Translations under genes and position numbers: made by a program | The notes under the pieces: model-generated | What the model was told of the DNA's origin: nothing | What the model saw: only the letters and a program-made list of their open reading frames with translations | Databases searched by the model: none | Shown here: piece after piece, positions 25,301 through 37,559 of the stretch | How positions within the stretch are numbered: the first letter of the stretch is position 1 | Layout of the letters: every line of letters starts with the position of its first letter | Source of the DNA: Gnetum montanum | Taxonomy: Eukaryota > Plantae > Gnetophyta | Direction of reading: 5' to 3' | Length of the DNA stretch: 64,000 nt | Assembly: GCA_015680685.1 (NCBI GenBank) | Contig: MNCI01002038.1 | Location: forward strand, 376,638 to 440,637

Positions 25301-26334
25301 CTAACCCCTCAGAGATGTTGTTATGATAGCCACTCTGTAGTTGCAACTCCTGGGGTCAATTTCGTCACTTGGGGCCCCAAGGAAGCTATGGCCATCCATA
25401 GCCTCGGTGGTCTCCACTCGTCACCGCCACTAGACTCTAGCTTGGCAAATTCATCTGTCTGGTTCTTTGCCCAGTCATTTGAGCAAGATGAATCCAGCTC
25501 TCAACGGTGACTTCCTGAACCGTGGCATTAACAAAGGGATCCTTGCTTCTTACTATGGTCCCTTCTCCGTGGCCTGAGCTCTCCTCTTCACTTCAGACAA
25601 TGCTTCTTTCAACAGCCTCCTTAGTGATTAGGATGATTGCTTTTTCTTTATTTTCTCTATTACGTTTTGCAGGTTACTTGTTACGATAGCGTTATTCAAG
25701 AATGCACTCACTAGAAGGTGAGGCATCACAGCGTTCTAAGGTGGCTGCTCAAACTAGCCTGATTACTTGAGAGTGCAGATCCTTTCCTTTTTCCCATTGT
25801 CAAACAACCTACTTCACTTTCTCCTTCCTATATCCCTACAACTACCTTTACCCTTCTCTCCTGGTTGTACAGAACATGAGTGTATAGGAACTCTTTCACA
25901 TGTGATAGTTGTCCATGGATTGGCATAACGCAACTCATCTCATGGAAAGAATCCTTCTTCAATAAAAATGGGCAAAGCTAGGCAAAATGGATGTAAAACA
26001 ACTCATCCAGGCCTTACGGGCGTAACACAACTCATTCATGCAAGCCCTTCATATGCAGTATAGTAGCACAACCTCTCGGGAAAACGCCCACGAAAAGACG
26101 CCTGATAACATGTTTGCAAAAGTTTCCTGTTCACATGCTTGAGTCTTCCCCGAACCTCCTTCTTCTCACTTCTTTAAGATCTCTCCTCCTCCCTTCTTTG
26201 CACTTCCAGGTTGACAGAGCAACATTTGAGCAGTTGCCAACAGACGTTGTTGGTGTCTTTAACTCTCTGGTATTTCATATTCTTTGAAGATGTCTTTTGG
26301 GTAATCCCTCTAAATGTAAATAAAGAGGGGCCAT

Positions 26335-27884
26335 TGAAACACCGTGAAATTTTGAGGCCTCAGCGGTTTAGCAAAATCTTGTGGCTTAGGCAAGGATTTG
26401 TGACAAGTCGTAGCTCAGCAAGTTCCCTTTTTGGCTAAGGGCCTATTACGCCACACTATGCAACGCAGTGTAATAGACTCCAGAGGATAGAACAAGACAA
26501 GGATGCGCAATGGCAAGCCTTCAGCTTTGCAAGTTAGCTATGTTTCGAAAATCTTAACTTTTCACATATTACATCACATTACGCAACGCAGCATAATGTA
26601 GTGTAACACAACGTAATGCAAGAAGATAGTCCATCTAGTCACAACAACAGAGATAGCAGAATTTGAGACCTCAATGGTTCGGCAAAATATTGAGGCTCAG
26701 GCAAGGATCTACAACGTGTCGCACATCTCAGCAAATTTGCTTTTTTCAACTAAGGGTCTATTACGCTACATTATGCAATGTAGTGTAATAAACCCCAGAA
26801 AGACTAAATGGAAGCAAGGGAAGCGCAATGACAACACTTCAATTTTTTGGCAAGTTCACTATGTTACGCTGAGTTACGCTATGTAGCGTAATGTAGCATA
26901 ACGCAGCGTAATGCAAGCAGATGATTGATGTAGTTTCAATCTTAGAGATAACAAAACTCAAGCATTAGTGGTTTTTATGTCACAATACGCTCTCTAGCGT
27001 ATTACATCGTAGCCGCAAAATAGTTTGTTACCAAAGTTCCAGCAAAGGTAGATTACGATACATTACGCTTCAGAGCGTAATGGAGCATAGCACCGCAAGC
27101 TTCAAAAACAAACTCATCAAGTCAATAGCATTTTGTAGGTTCAGGACATGCGTCATCTAAACCGCATTTTTCTCTTGACTCTAACCTTATAATTACTCTA
27201 GTTGACAACGATCAAAGGGTTGGCAAAAATTTCTCTTTGTTGGAAAATTTTCTCTTTGAGCAATTCTTTTTCATTGGCAATTGTTGACAACCTTTGGCGA
27301 AGATTGGCAAGAGAACGAGAGAGAATCAGTAGCCGTGAGAACATTGAAGGTGACTGATAAGAGCTTCTGATCAGAAACTGCCAGTTAGCGGACATTCTGC
27401 TTCGAGTTTGACTCCCTTGCGTCCAGATTGGCTAGAACAAGGTAGATTGGCCTTTGCTTGTTTCATCTTTGAATAGCTTTCCTGTTCTTAACATGTGCTT
27501 TGTCTAAACCGAATCCTACTTGTAATCGTTGTGTCCAACATATTTTGTTTATAAGCTAAATCCCAAATCTCGGGATTGCACACTCTCTAAATCCAATCTA
27601 TTGCATCCTATCTACATAGATTTTGTAATGGCTTTGAATCATTTACATCACTCTCATTACCTTCGATATTAACGATATCACATCTCCTCATTGAAATCGC
27701 CATCTTGCCATCCGGTTATTACAAAATTTTACTGATTAAGTAAGTCCCTATCTGATCGACAAGATCGTTCAGGGCACCTCAGATTCATTTTCTCTAGCAC
27801 GACCCTTGCACGGATCCAGGGTTGGAACTGTGTACATGGAACTCAGCTCCGTATTTCCAGCAACCAATGTTTTCCATCGATACA
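26335..27884 (+). repeat. 3' LTR of Tat copy 2
   Basis: Preceded by PPT AAATAAAGAGGGGCCAT; followed by TSD CTATT. Confidence 0.95.
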
Positions 27885-27986
27885 CTATTTTGCATGTTGT
27901 TCGGCAGGGACTTGTTCTTTGCCTCTCCTAGGTCATTTACTTCCACCTTGAGCAAGACCTTCCTGTTGTCCACATTTCGGGACCAT
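27885..27986 (-). pseudogene. N-terminus of Athila ORF2 (MVPKCGQQEGLAQGG...)
   Basis: ATG directly after gattgcag; frame continues at 15471 once the nested element is removed. Confidence 0.55.
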
Positions 27987-30149
27987 CTGCAATCACACGG
28001 GGCCAAGCGTTAGTAAGGTTGTTTCTAAAGTTAAGTTATACCTTACTACTTGCCTTAATTAATTAATTTGTTTTATCTCCGTGTGATGTTTTCCAAAAGA
28101 TTATAATAGTGGGTCCTTTTTACTTAGGTTGTTTCCAATTTTAGTTTCCCGATGTACCTAAGGGGATGAAATTATTTTCGGCACATTTTATTCTTAATTT
28201 TACAACTAATTACTATTGATAATGTCCTTTGGGAGATGACAAATTCCAACAAAGTTATGCACTATTTGGTGTATGTCCCTCCCCCACGACTAAGCTGAAC
28301 AATGTAGGTTCAAGCAGGTTCAAATGGAATAAAAATTAGAGTACCAACGAGCAAGATATAGGTAGAAAATCAAGGGTGTCATACTTGCGAGTCGTAGAGA
28401 AAAATTTGAAAAAATCCCCCGCGTGAGTTGTGAAAAATGATGCTAAGTGTTACAGGGGGTCACCTATATATAGGTTATAGGGACGTGTTATCGCATACAA
28501 TACATCATGTATGTGATATCGCGGCCTATTGATGTTTAGGTCGAGGGAAAAATACCAAATTTTGAAGGTTTTTTCTAGAATGAAAAATAGAAGTTAGGAC
28601 ATGTGGCACATGTTGAAGGGTTCTAGGATAATTAGATGGTTTGGAAGGCATGAATAACAAGATGTGGATGGACTTAACCAATAAGGCCTCAGGTGGTAAG
28701 TGAGAGAAAAAGGCCATGTAATGGTACATAGGAACGTTGATTCAGAAGGATAGTAATAAGGGAAAGGAAATCGTTGGCAATATGCTAAGGGTAATAAATG
28801 GTGTGTGGAAGGTGGGTCATGAGTGCAAATTACAAAAATTACACAAGTGGGTCCTCCCCAAAGCAGGTTCCAAACTATAATGCCCTTGCATAACCACACT
28901 TAAAAGTGTCTGTGGGCACTCGAAGGGTTAAATGTAATCCGCACTAGTTCCACAAAACACACACATGTAAATATCACCGAAATGAGGTAAGAATTCTATG
29001 CTATACGAGACACAAGCTGTAATTACATGGATAGTGAGATGAAAGGGGGTATAGAAGGGATTGTAGAGATTGGGACATGAGGTAACTGACCCAGGGCACA
29101 ATGAATCCTGCATGTAAAGCATGATTAACGTGTCATTAACCCGTCATTCAAAGATTAGGACCAAGTACATTCCTTTGATCAATGACACCGCATTGTTTCA
29201 TCCCATGATGAGAAACTATGAGAGTACCATAACAACAAGGCGTACGATCACTTGGCGTTTTATTCAAGGGAGGAGTGATTTTTGTTTTGTGGCACTTTTT
29301 TTTTCATTTTTCTTTTTCTCTTTTTTTTTTCAATTGCTGAATTTAGAGAAGACGCCAACCTTCAGGCATGGGTGCATTTCTTTCCAGTGGGACACCCTAG
29401 AAAAGCATTAGATTTTTTAGTGCCTTTTGATTACTCTTACTCCCACTTTTCATTAGATCTACAAGGATCTTAGTACAACCACATTGCATGATAACTCACA
29501 TAGACATCACCAAAGAGAACCTGCAAGTCCTCTTGATGTCACACCCTAATCATTCTCTCTTGGTCCATCCTTCTTCATTTTGGGTACAATGAACACAAAA
29601 TTAATTTTAAGTTTCAAGGATGTCAAGTGTATCACTATACCCTCGAACAGAACCTCTTATTTGTAGAATGGATGAGTTGGTGTAATGGGCTTACTGTCCA
29701 AATAATTGATCACTCGAGACTCGATAACATAGAACACACCTCAACCAACGAACCACATGAGTGTTTTATTCGTAGATGAGATTACTTATAAAGAAATAAA
29801 AAGACAAAAAGATAAAACAAGAAGTTGAAAAATGAAAAACTGGAAAACAAAAAATTATAAAATTAAAGAAAATGAAAAGTAGTTATTAATCTTGCTTGTT
29901 ACTAGAATGGGGGATATCCCCCATAACTAAACAGTTGAGGATGGCAAGGATTAATAAATGGAAGATGAGGATCCTTGCATATTGAAAATATTGAAACTTG
30001 GTCATACCTACTCCATTGGGCTTCACACACTTGATTGTAGTAAGCATAATGGGGTGATTTATAAGATGTAGCTCCTAGATAACGAGTTGACCCACTATGA
30101 TACTTGGTACCATAGGATGGTATGCAATGATGTCACTCTCCATGGCTTT

Positions 30150-31883
30150 ATTCATTGGGCCATATGGTTGTTGGAGTGTTAATTGGTGGCCCTGATGAAG
30201 TAACAGGAGGCGTTGGGTTTGAAGGTAAGAGTGCACCACAATGTTGGTCTTGTGCTGAGTTGGAGGATACAGTGGCCTTGGAATTGTGTTGTCCCTTCTT
30301 AGGGTCATTTCTAAAGAAGGGACGCCTTCAATGTTGCTGAGGTCTCTCACTGCTATTGGCAATAGTAGCACAAGTAACATTCGTGGGTTATTGCTGTGGT
30401 GCAGACACCTTAGGAACAGTTGATGACGATTTAGAAGGAGGGAAAGGATAAGAATGTTGAAAATTAGGAGAAGTGTAAGGTGCATAAGGCGATGGTTGTG
30501 TTGAGGACATGGGCTAATAGTATTGAGGAGAATGATAATGCGGTGAGATAGAGTATGTTGACCCAGTTGGGGAAACATGATGTTGAACTAGGTAAGCGTT
30601 TAGATTCGGATGATACGAAGGGTGTCTCCAGTTTAGGGGTGGCTTCCCCCATGACTGGGATTGTTGCCACTGTGATTGAACATAGTGTTTCTGTACGAAC
30701 TCTAGATGTAACATGCTTCCCCAATGCTTATACAAATGTAACAGGATTGGGCATTGACCCTTGGGGTGATCATACAGGCAAATGTTGCATTCATACGTGT
30801 GATTTGCAATTGAGCTCTTATTTTCCTTATCCCTTCTTTCTAATTGTCTAAGGATACTTTGTCCTGCTTCTTGGGTTGTCAAAACTCTATCTCCAATAAT
30901 ATTAATACATTCTCCATACTTTTTATGCATCCATTCCAACATCTTATTGATCTTTGCCTCGACTTCTTCTAGTGATTGTTGTGTTGGAAAAGATGATTCT
31001 TCCTCCTTGAGATTGGTTGATTTCTCCTTTTTGTGTGATTATGGACCTTTGTTAAGTTGTGATTTTGGTCCTGTTGATGTTTTTCAACACTCTCCCATCT
31101 AGTCATTTCTCCTTCTTCTTTTGCTACCCGCTTAATAAGCTCTTGGACTTGATGGGTTCGTAGTTCGTATAATTGACCTTGGGCATACATTCCTAAGGTC
31201 TCTCTTGTTTCATCATGAAGCCCATCAATGATATGGTACATTAGCCTTTCCTCGGAAAACTTATGGCCTGGACAGTTGTTTAATAGTGCATAATATCTTT
31301 CTAAGGCCATGTCCAAGGGTTCATGTTGTGCCTGTTTCCACTCTTGGATTTTTTTCCTCAAGGCTAACACTCTTGCATAGGTTTGATATCTTTCATTAAA
31401 GAGTTCTACCATTGTTGGCCAATGTCATATTGAATTTGGTTTTAACGATCTATACCATACTTTTGCTTGGCCAACAAGTGTCATAGGAAAGAGCTTGCAT
31501 TTTTGCCAACCGTTATCAATGTTGTTCCATGCACAGGCATCGTAGAAGGCTTGTAAATGTTGATGCAGATCTAAGTCATAGCCTCCTGAGAAATTAGGGA
31601 AGTTGTTTAAATCAAGCCTGGGTAGACGGCTCTCTTTATGATGTCTACAGGAGATTCGAACAACCTCTTGTATTTGTGTTAGGCTTGTAGTGGCCAGTGG
31701 GGGTTCATCGTCATCAAGTAGGTTATGCTTTTGTGCGTTGGGACGATGTTGCCTTTGTTTATGTTTATAAGAAACCCCCACCTTGGGTTGCGTACTCCAA
31801 TCTTCTTTATCATATAATTCGTTGGTTCTCCAATGAACTTCCTCACTAGGTGTGGCATTATTATAGTCTTGTAGGAGAGGCAT
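30150..31883 (-). pseudogene. Athila-type Gag
   Basis: FSGGYDLDLHQHLQAFYDAC, KLFPMTLVGQAKVWY, LLNNCPGH and CNICLYDHPKGQCP; split by stops; no pol follows. Confidence 0.88.
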
Positions 31884-32008
31884 GGTTGTGAAATTGTGTG
31901 TGAATTTATATGTGACTTTTTATAATTATTTCTTCTCCCTAAGAGATATATCGTTAAGTCCTATACAGCGACCTTGTATGATATAACTAATCTAAATCAC
32001 TAGCACTG

Positions 32009-32026
32009 TCCCTGGCAACAACTCCA
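32009..32026 (-). promoter_or_regulatory. Degenerate Athila-type PBS (TGGAGTTGTTGCCAGGGA, cf. TGGCGCCGTTGCCGGGGA)
   Basis: Immediately inside the 5' LTR. Confidence 0.7.
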
Positions 32027-32027
32027 A

Positions 32028-32819
32028 TGATGAGTGACGAGGTACCCCTACACTCAACCATACGAATATGAGCGTTACACGCGCGATCCTGTCGAACTCC
32101 GCAGACGAACTAGTTGTGGCATCTAGATAGTTAGCCTTAGGTTGCAGTTTGCTGTCTTCCCACCTAGACTAGTATTAGCTTTGTCACATATGGTTTAGTC
32201 CAAAGTGAGGTGTATGATGTGTTTCTATGCTAATGCTACTCTTGAGAACAATGGAAAGTAATATTGACTAAGCTAAGAGAGAAAGGCTGAGAGAGAATCT
32301 AGCTAGCCTAAGTGCGATGAGCATTTGTTCCTCCATTATCCGTACACATCTTGGACTTCGTGCATGACTACCACTAAGATTACCAAGCTCAGATCCTAGG
32401 TACACTACTGGGTTACCAAGTAGTCACACTTAAATGCTCGTAATCAAGTCGTACTCATTCCGCGTTAACAAGAGTTTAAGGGTGAGAAGAGATTAACTAG
32501 GAAAGTAGTAAATAACAATTAAATAAATAATTAAGCTAAGTGAATGCTGCAATGATGAAGTAATCTCGATCTTTATTTCCGGTCATGTGTGTGTCCAAGT
32601 ACGTCACACTCGAATAAGGAAGTCATACAATTACAATCACCACACTGTGGGCATACACTGGGAGGAAAAGGGTTGAGAGGAAAAATGAAAACTAAAACTA
32701 AAATTAAACTGATGAAAAAAAACTTCCTATCGGAATTGTCTACCTCTTATTTATAGATGAGGAGACAGGCTGTGATATCGCGTATGCGATATCACAGTTG
32801 ACTAAATGGCAACTCATCA
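32028..32819 (-). repeat. 5' LTR of the Athila-like element
   Basis: TGATGAG...CTCATCA termini; direct repeat of 11808-12611. Confidence 0.93.
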
Positions 32820-32824
32820 GTAAT

Positions 32825-33444
32825 GGTCACTACTAGACCTGATATTGCATACATTGTTGGAAAACTCAGTAGGTATATGTCTAATCCAATGAACCAACAT
32901 TGGATTGCTGTAAAAATGAGTTTTTCGATATCTTTGTGGTACTATGAACTTTGGTATTTGTTATCAAGGTGATTCGTCCATTCTACATGGTTATGTAAAT
33001 GTTGATTGGGGTGAGGATTTAGACAATAGAAAATTAACTAGTGGATATGTGTTTAATATCTTTGGTGGTGCTATCTCTTGGAAAAGCCAATTGGTGGTGC
33101 TATCTACTACTGAAGTAGAATATGTTGCTGCAAACCTACCTAGTTGGAAGCAACATGGATTCAAGATTAGTGGCTGAACTCTGAATTCATAAAAGATTGT
33201 GAAAATTAGTTGTGATAACCAAAGTCTAATTTATATATCCAAAAATTCCACTTTCCATAGTAGGATGAAGTATATAGAAATACAATATCACTATATTCGA
33301 GAGCAAATAAATGAACAAAGATTTCTTCTTGAAAAAATTAAGACAAAGGGGAATCTTGTTGATGTGATGACAAAATCTTTATCTACTAAAACATTTTTAT
33401 GGTGTCGAACAACGGTTGCTGTCATGGAAGGTGATATCATCTAA
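32825..33444 (+). pseudogene. Ty1/Copia RT C-terminus and RNase H (continuation of 10802-11807)
   Basis: TRPDIAYIVGKLSRYMSNP, GYVNVDWGEDLDNRKLTSGY, LSTTEVEY, CDNQS, FHSRMKYIEIQYHYIRE, NLVDVMTK. Confidence 0.92.
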
Positions 33445-33490
33445 GGTTTAGGTCAGGCTTCATGACAACTTTGCCTTTAGGAGGGAGAAT

Positions 33491-33693
33491 TGTGAATAAA
33501 GTGAAAGCAACTACTATTCACTATAGTTATGTTATAACAAACTGTAGTGTTAAGTATTGTATGATACACTAGTTATGTTATAACAAACTGTAGTGTTAAG
33601 TATTTAGCTATAAATATATGAAATATAGTCAATGTAAAACTATTATTCATCCCTATCATTTTACTATTGTTAATATCTAATTTACATCCAACA
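33491..33693 (+). repeat. Copia 3' LTR (~200 bp) with an internal 35-bp duplication
   Basis: PPT GGAGGGAGAAT then TGT...; TATAAA near 33609; end at ...CCAACA is inferred. Confidence 0.6.
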
Positions 33694-34114
33694 TCCTATG
33701 CTATAAATATGGTTCCAAGGAAGCCTTCAAGGTAGTGTGTTTGGCTTTCATCCAAATGCTTTCTTCATTCCCATTTTCTGTTGTTCATTGTGTTTTAAAA
33801 AATTTTCTCGAAGATGACATAAAAATCCAGGAGCTTGTTTCTTGCTAGGTTTTTCTTGTTTTTCCTCAAAATATATTATTGTATTTTTCTGTTGATTTAT
33901 TTTTTTACTGTTATCACGAATGATCTAAAAATCACACAAATATATAGAGAGAAATCCATATGGGACATTGAATTATGATAATTCTAAGTTCCTGTATCTA
34001 TTTGTTGTAAGATGCTAAGCCGCCATTACCAACAAAAACACCATAATTGCGAATTAAAACACTAAAACTCTGTATCATTTTCAGGACATGGAACATTAAC
34101 AAATCTGTATCTGG

Positions 34115-35955
34115 CTAGACACAGCATCTTGCCTGCTTCTCTGCAGGCTCATGAGCACTCACATCAATTGTGATACATTTCTTAGGTACACCAGTGTTGT
34201 TGGCTTCCTCATGTACAACTGTTTTCTTTCTCATGAATTTATATATCTCCATTAAAACTGTCTGGAAAGCTTCTTCCACATTCGTAGTGTCAAGTGCAGA
34301 AGTTTCCATGTAAGAAAGGCCTTCATTTTCAGCAAATGCCTGTGCATCTTCTGTTGAAACAGCTCTGCGATGACCCAAATCAAGTTTGTTTCCAACCATC
34401 AAGACCACCATGTTTGGATCTGCATTATCTCTCATTTCTTTGAGCCATCGTTGCAGATTCTTGAAGCTGCCACTTTTTGTGATATCGTATACCAACAATG
34501 CCCCTAAGGCACCTCTGTAAAAAGCACTTGTAATTGCTCTGTACCTCTCTTGGCCTGCCGTATCCCATATCTGAGCTCTGATTTTGTGATCCAGAAACTG
34601 TCCAAATTATGACACAAAGACAAAAGGTAAGAAACAGTTCACAATAAACAAGCGAGAGGGGAATTTGAAAAGCCCTGAATGGTACCAAAGAAACTATCGT
34701 AAAAAATAGGTTAACATCATGAGACAGGTCAATAGCTAAAAGATGATCACCACAAACACTAGAATGTGCTTTTTTCGCATCTTAGGATCTCAAGAACAAA
34801 AGGGTACATTTTCTTCCTTTACCCATTGCATATATGTATTACACTGCAATGATTAATATATTGCTGGATCTCAGGATCTCTCTTACCCTGAATTATAGTG
34901 GATATTTTATTAAACTTAAGATCAATGGGCACTTGCTTACGTTGATATGATTGAGATTCTGCTGCAATATTACAAGAACCAACCAGATCAAGTCGAAAAT
35001 GTGAAAATAGAACTGTATCTAATTTGTGGCCATGTATGTGCTGTTATAGCACTCACCCTCTCTGAACATCTAGCATACAAATGGACACTCTCCTTACCTG
35101 ATCTAGATGAGTTACAAAGTTACATTTCTAATGGCTGAAAGAACAACGTTGACATTTTTGGATTAACCAATACTGTTACTCCAAAAAATTCACATTTCTC
35201 GTTGTACAAGGAAACTTATATTATTAATAAAATCTCCTTCTACTTTCTTTTAAGAAAATTCCTTACAGAATTAACCTGCAGGACAGAGTATGAACTGCAA
35301 AAACACGAATTCTTAGTGTATTGGAAAATCCTGAAGGACATTCAAATGCAGTTGTTTGTAAGAAAAGTCTACCATGGATCTGACTATGTAATCAATATAT
35401 TATTGGAGCCATCAGGACAACTGGATCAGAAAATTAGATGAATTTTGTAAGATAATAATTTATAGTTGTTTTCTATGTGAATTAATACACTCCCTTATCG
35501 AAAACCAAATCTGAAAATAACATGAATGTCTTGCTAATCATCAACACAGCAGATGACAACTGATTTGAGAAGGTACTGCAAATCAGAACCGAAACTATTT
35601 TTAAAAAATTCTGTTAGGCTGGACATCCTAAACAACCTTTGTTTAAAATTACAATTCAGCTCAGTCTCAGCTAAATTTCTAATTCTCAGCCGACTCAAAA
35701 GCTGAAATAGCCCAAAACCATTTCTTCAACAAATGTAACCAAGAAGAAATTAGCTCCATCGCCACAAATAAACATAAATCACAATACCTGAAGTTGCTTG
35801 GTTGAAAACTCCACTCCGATGGTGGACTTGGATTCAAGGTTGAATTCATTGCGAGTAAATCTTGTCATAAGACTGGATTTTCCAACGGCGGAGTCTCCAA
35901 CAAGAACAAGTTTGAACAAATAGTCATAAGACTCTTGCTCAGGGCTCTCCATCAT
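34115..35955 (-). CDS. RABA: Rab11/RabA-family small GTPase, 216 aa; exon 1 35955-35788, exon 2 34597-34115
   Basis: [55 protein letters not shown] and C-terminal CCV prenylation signal; phase-0 GT..AG intron 34598-35787; no stops or frameshifts. Confidence 0.95.
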
Positions 35956-35982
35956 TTTTTCTCACCGAGCAATCAGCCAAAC

Positions 35983-36268
35983 CTGCAAAATCTGAGTTCG
36001 CCTCCGACAACAACAACAACTTGAAGTGCATATAAAGCAATGGCGGGAACAGATTACCCTGCAGCAAGCTAATTCCCTCATGATTGATTTGATTCGTGCA
36101 GCCCCGGAAACCTTTCGGCTGACCCACCATGGTGAAAAAAGAATTAGAGGAAAGTGCCAATATTTTTCTGACAGCTTGGCAACTTTAGTTGGCGTGGCTC
36201 TTAGGATACTTAGATTTCAAGGTTTCTGCGACTGTAGCAGAGTTAGTTCAACAGGCATAGTAACTTAC
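35983..36268 (-). other. Predicted 5' UTR intron of the Rab gene
   Basis: GG|GTAAGT donor at 36268 and ttttgcag|G acceptor at 35983, 27 nt upstream of the ATG. Confidence 0.55.
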
Positions 36269-37559
36269 CCAGCAACAACATTGTCCAACTGGAATTACGA
36301 ATATTTTGAGTGGTTGAAGTTCGAATCAGTTCAGTTTCCTTCAATTTTTTAACAAATCGTGTCGGCTACCATGTCTGCAACTTTCCAACTACTTTCAATT
36401 TCCAACGCCCTTTTTGTTGGTTTCCTTTTGTACCCATAAAATACATTCATTGTTGGATATAGCTTCTCTACTGATTTGCCACATACAACCAACTGAAAGC
36501 AGGAAGATCATCAACAATGAGCTCTGCCGGTGTTAAGATATGCAGTTTTTTAACACCCTGCTGAATTCAGGGATGTAAGCATGGTAGAACAATCGTTCTA
36601 AGTCGTTTTATTCGATGTTACCAGACTATTCATTAATAAATTCGTGGCTATTTGTCAATTTGTGGCTTATTACCATCACCAACTCTATAGTAATGACAAT
36701 AAATTTTTTTAAAAAAATTGTATGCATCCTAAGACAAAGGATGATCTCAGCAAGCAAAGATGTGGCTTAGAAAATGGAATATTCCAAAAACTATTTTACT
36801 TTGCAACCTTAAAGAATGTCAAAAAAGAATTGTTAGAAGAGTTTCTTCACAAAAATTATAGAAAGCTACTAAAGGAAAGAAAAAATTCTATTTAGATAAT
36901 ATTAGAGGAGGCATCTCTACACAAGTTACTTACTTGATAGATAATAATCATTTTCAATTGTGCATTTAATTAACAAATCCCAGCTAGGATCTCACTATTT
37001 TAGAGTTGAGACAAGTAGATGGTACAACATTCCACCATTGAAGAAAGAATTGAGCACGGAAAGAAAGAATTTGCAAAATTTGTGATAGTAACACCATTGA
37101 AGATGAAAATCATATTTTTCTCAAATGCCTATATATGGAAAAAATTTGAAGAAAATGGAGTATTACAGCCTATAACACTTGCCAACTTTGTAAAATGATA
37201 TATTTAAAGCTCATGCTTTGTATATTTCATCTGTCCAATAGATCCTCTTGGATCTCCATGGCCAAGATAAAATTTAGTTTCAATTTCAGTTTTACTAATA
37301 ATTTCCAAAATATACTACTAGTTATTTTCAAGTTAGCTCTAATTCTATGGTCACACATATCAAAGCAAATTACTTTAATAGGAGTGAAATTGAAATTGAA
37401 ATTTGTTATTAGGCATCGGGATTTCTGATTTATGCTGCATACTATGGCAATTGTAAATATAAATGGACATTGACACTGAGATTTTACTATTTACCAAGAC
37501 TTAAAAATATATTAAACAAATATTACATTTGTATGATTATAATTAAATATCAATGTAAT

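Larger units (their letters stand above)
15477..27884 (+). mobile_element. Tat/Ogre-like LTR retrotransposon, copy 2 (both LTRs; integrase missing), TSD CTATT
   Basis: Two 1550-bp TG..CA LTRs; CTATT at 15472-15476 and 27885-27889; PBS, gag, protease, RT, RNase H, start of a second RNase H, PPT AAAGAGGGG. Confidence 0.95.
11808..32819 (-). mobile_element. Athila-like Ty3/Gypsy element, non-autonomous (gag + ORF2, no pol), TSD GTAAT
   Basis: LTR pair 11808-12611 and 32028-32819; GTAAT at 11803-11807 and 32820-32824; degenerate PBS TGGAGTTGTTGCCAGGGA; PPT TGTGGGGGTA. Confidence 0.92.

Noticed and set aside
36026-36352. 108-aa plus-strand ORF upstream of the Rab gene
   Set aside because: Antisense to the predicted 5' UTR intron, with no recognisable motif.
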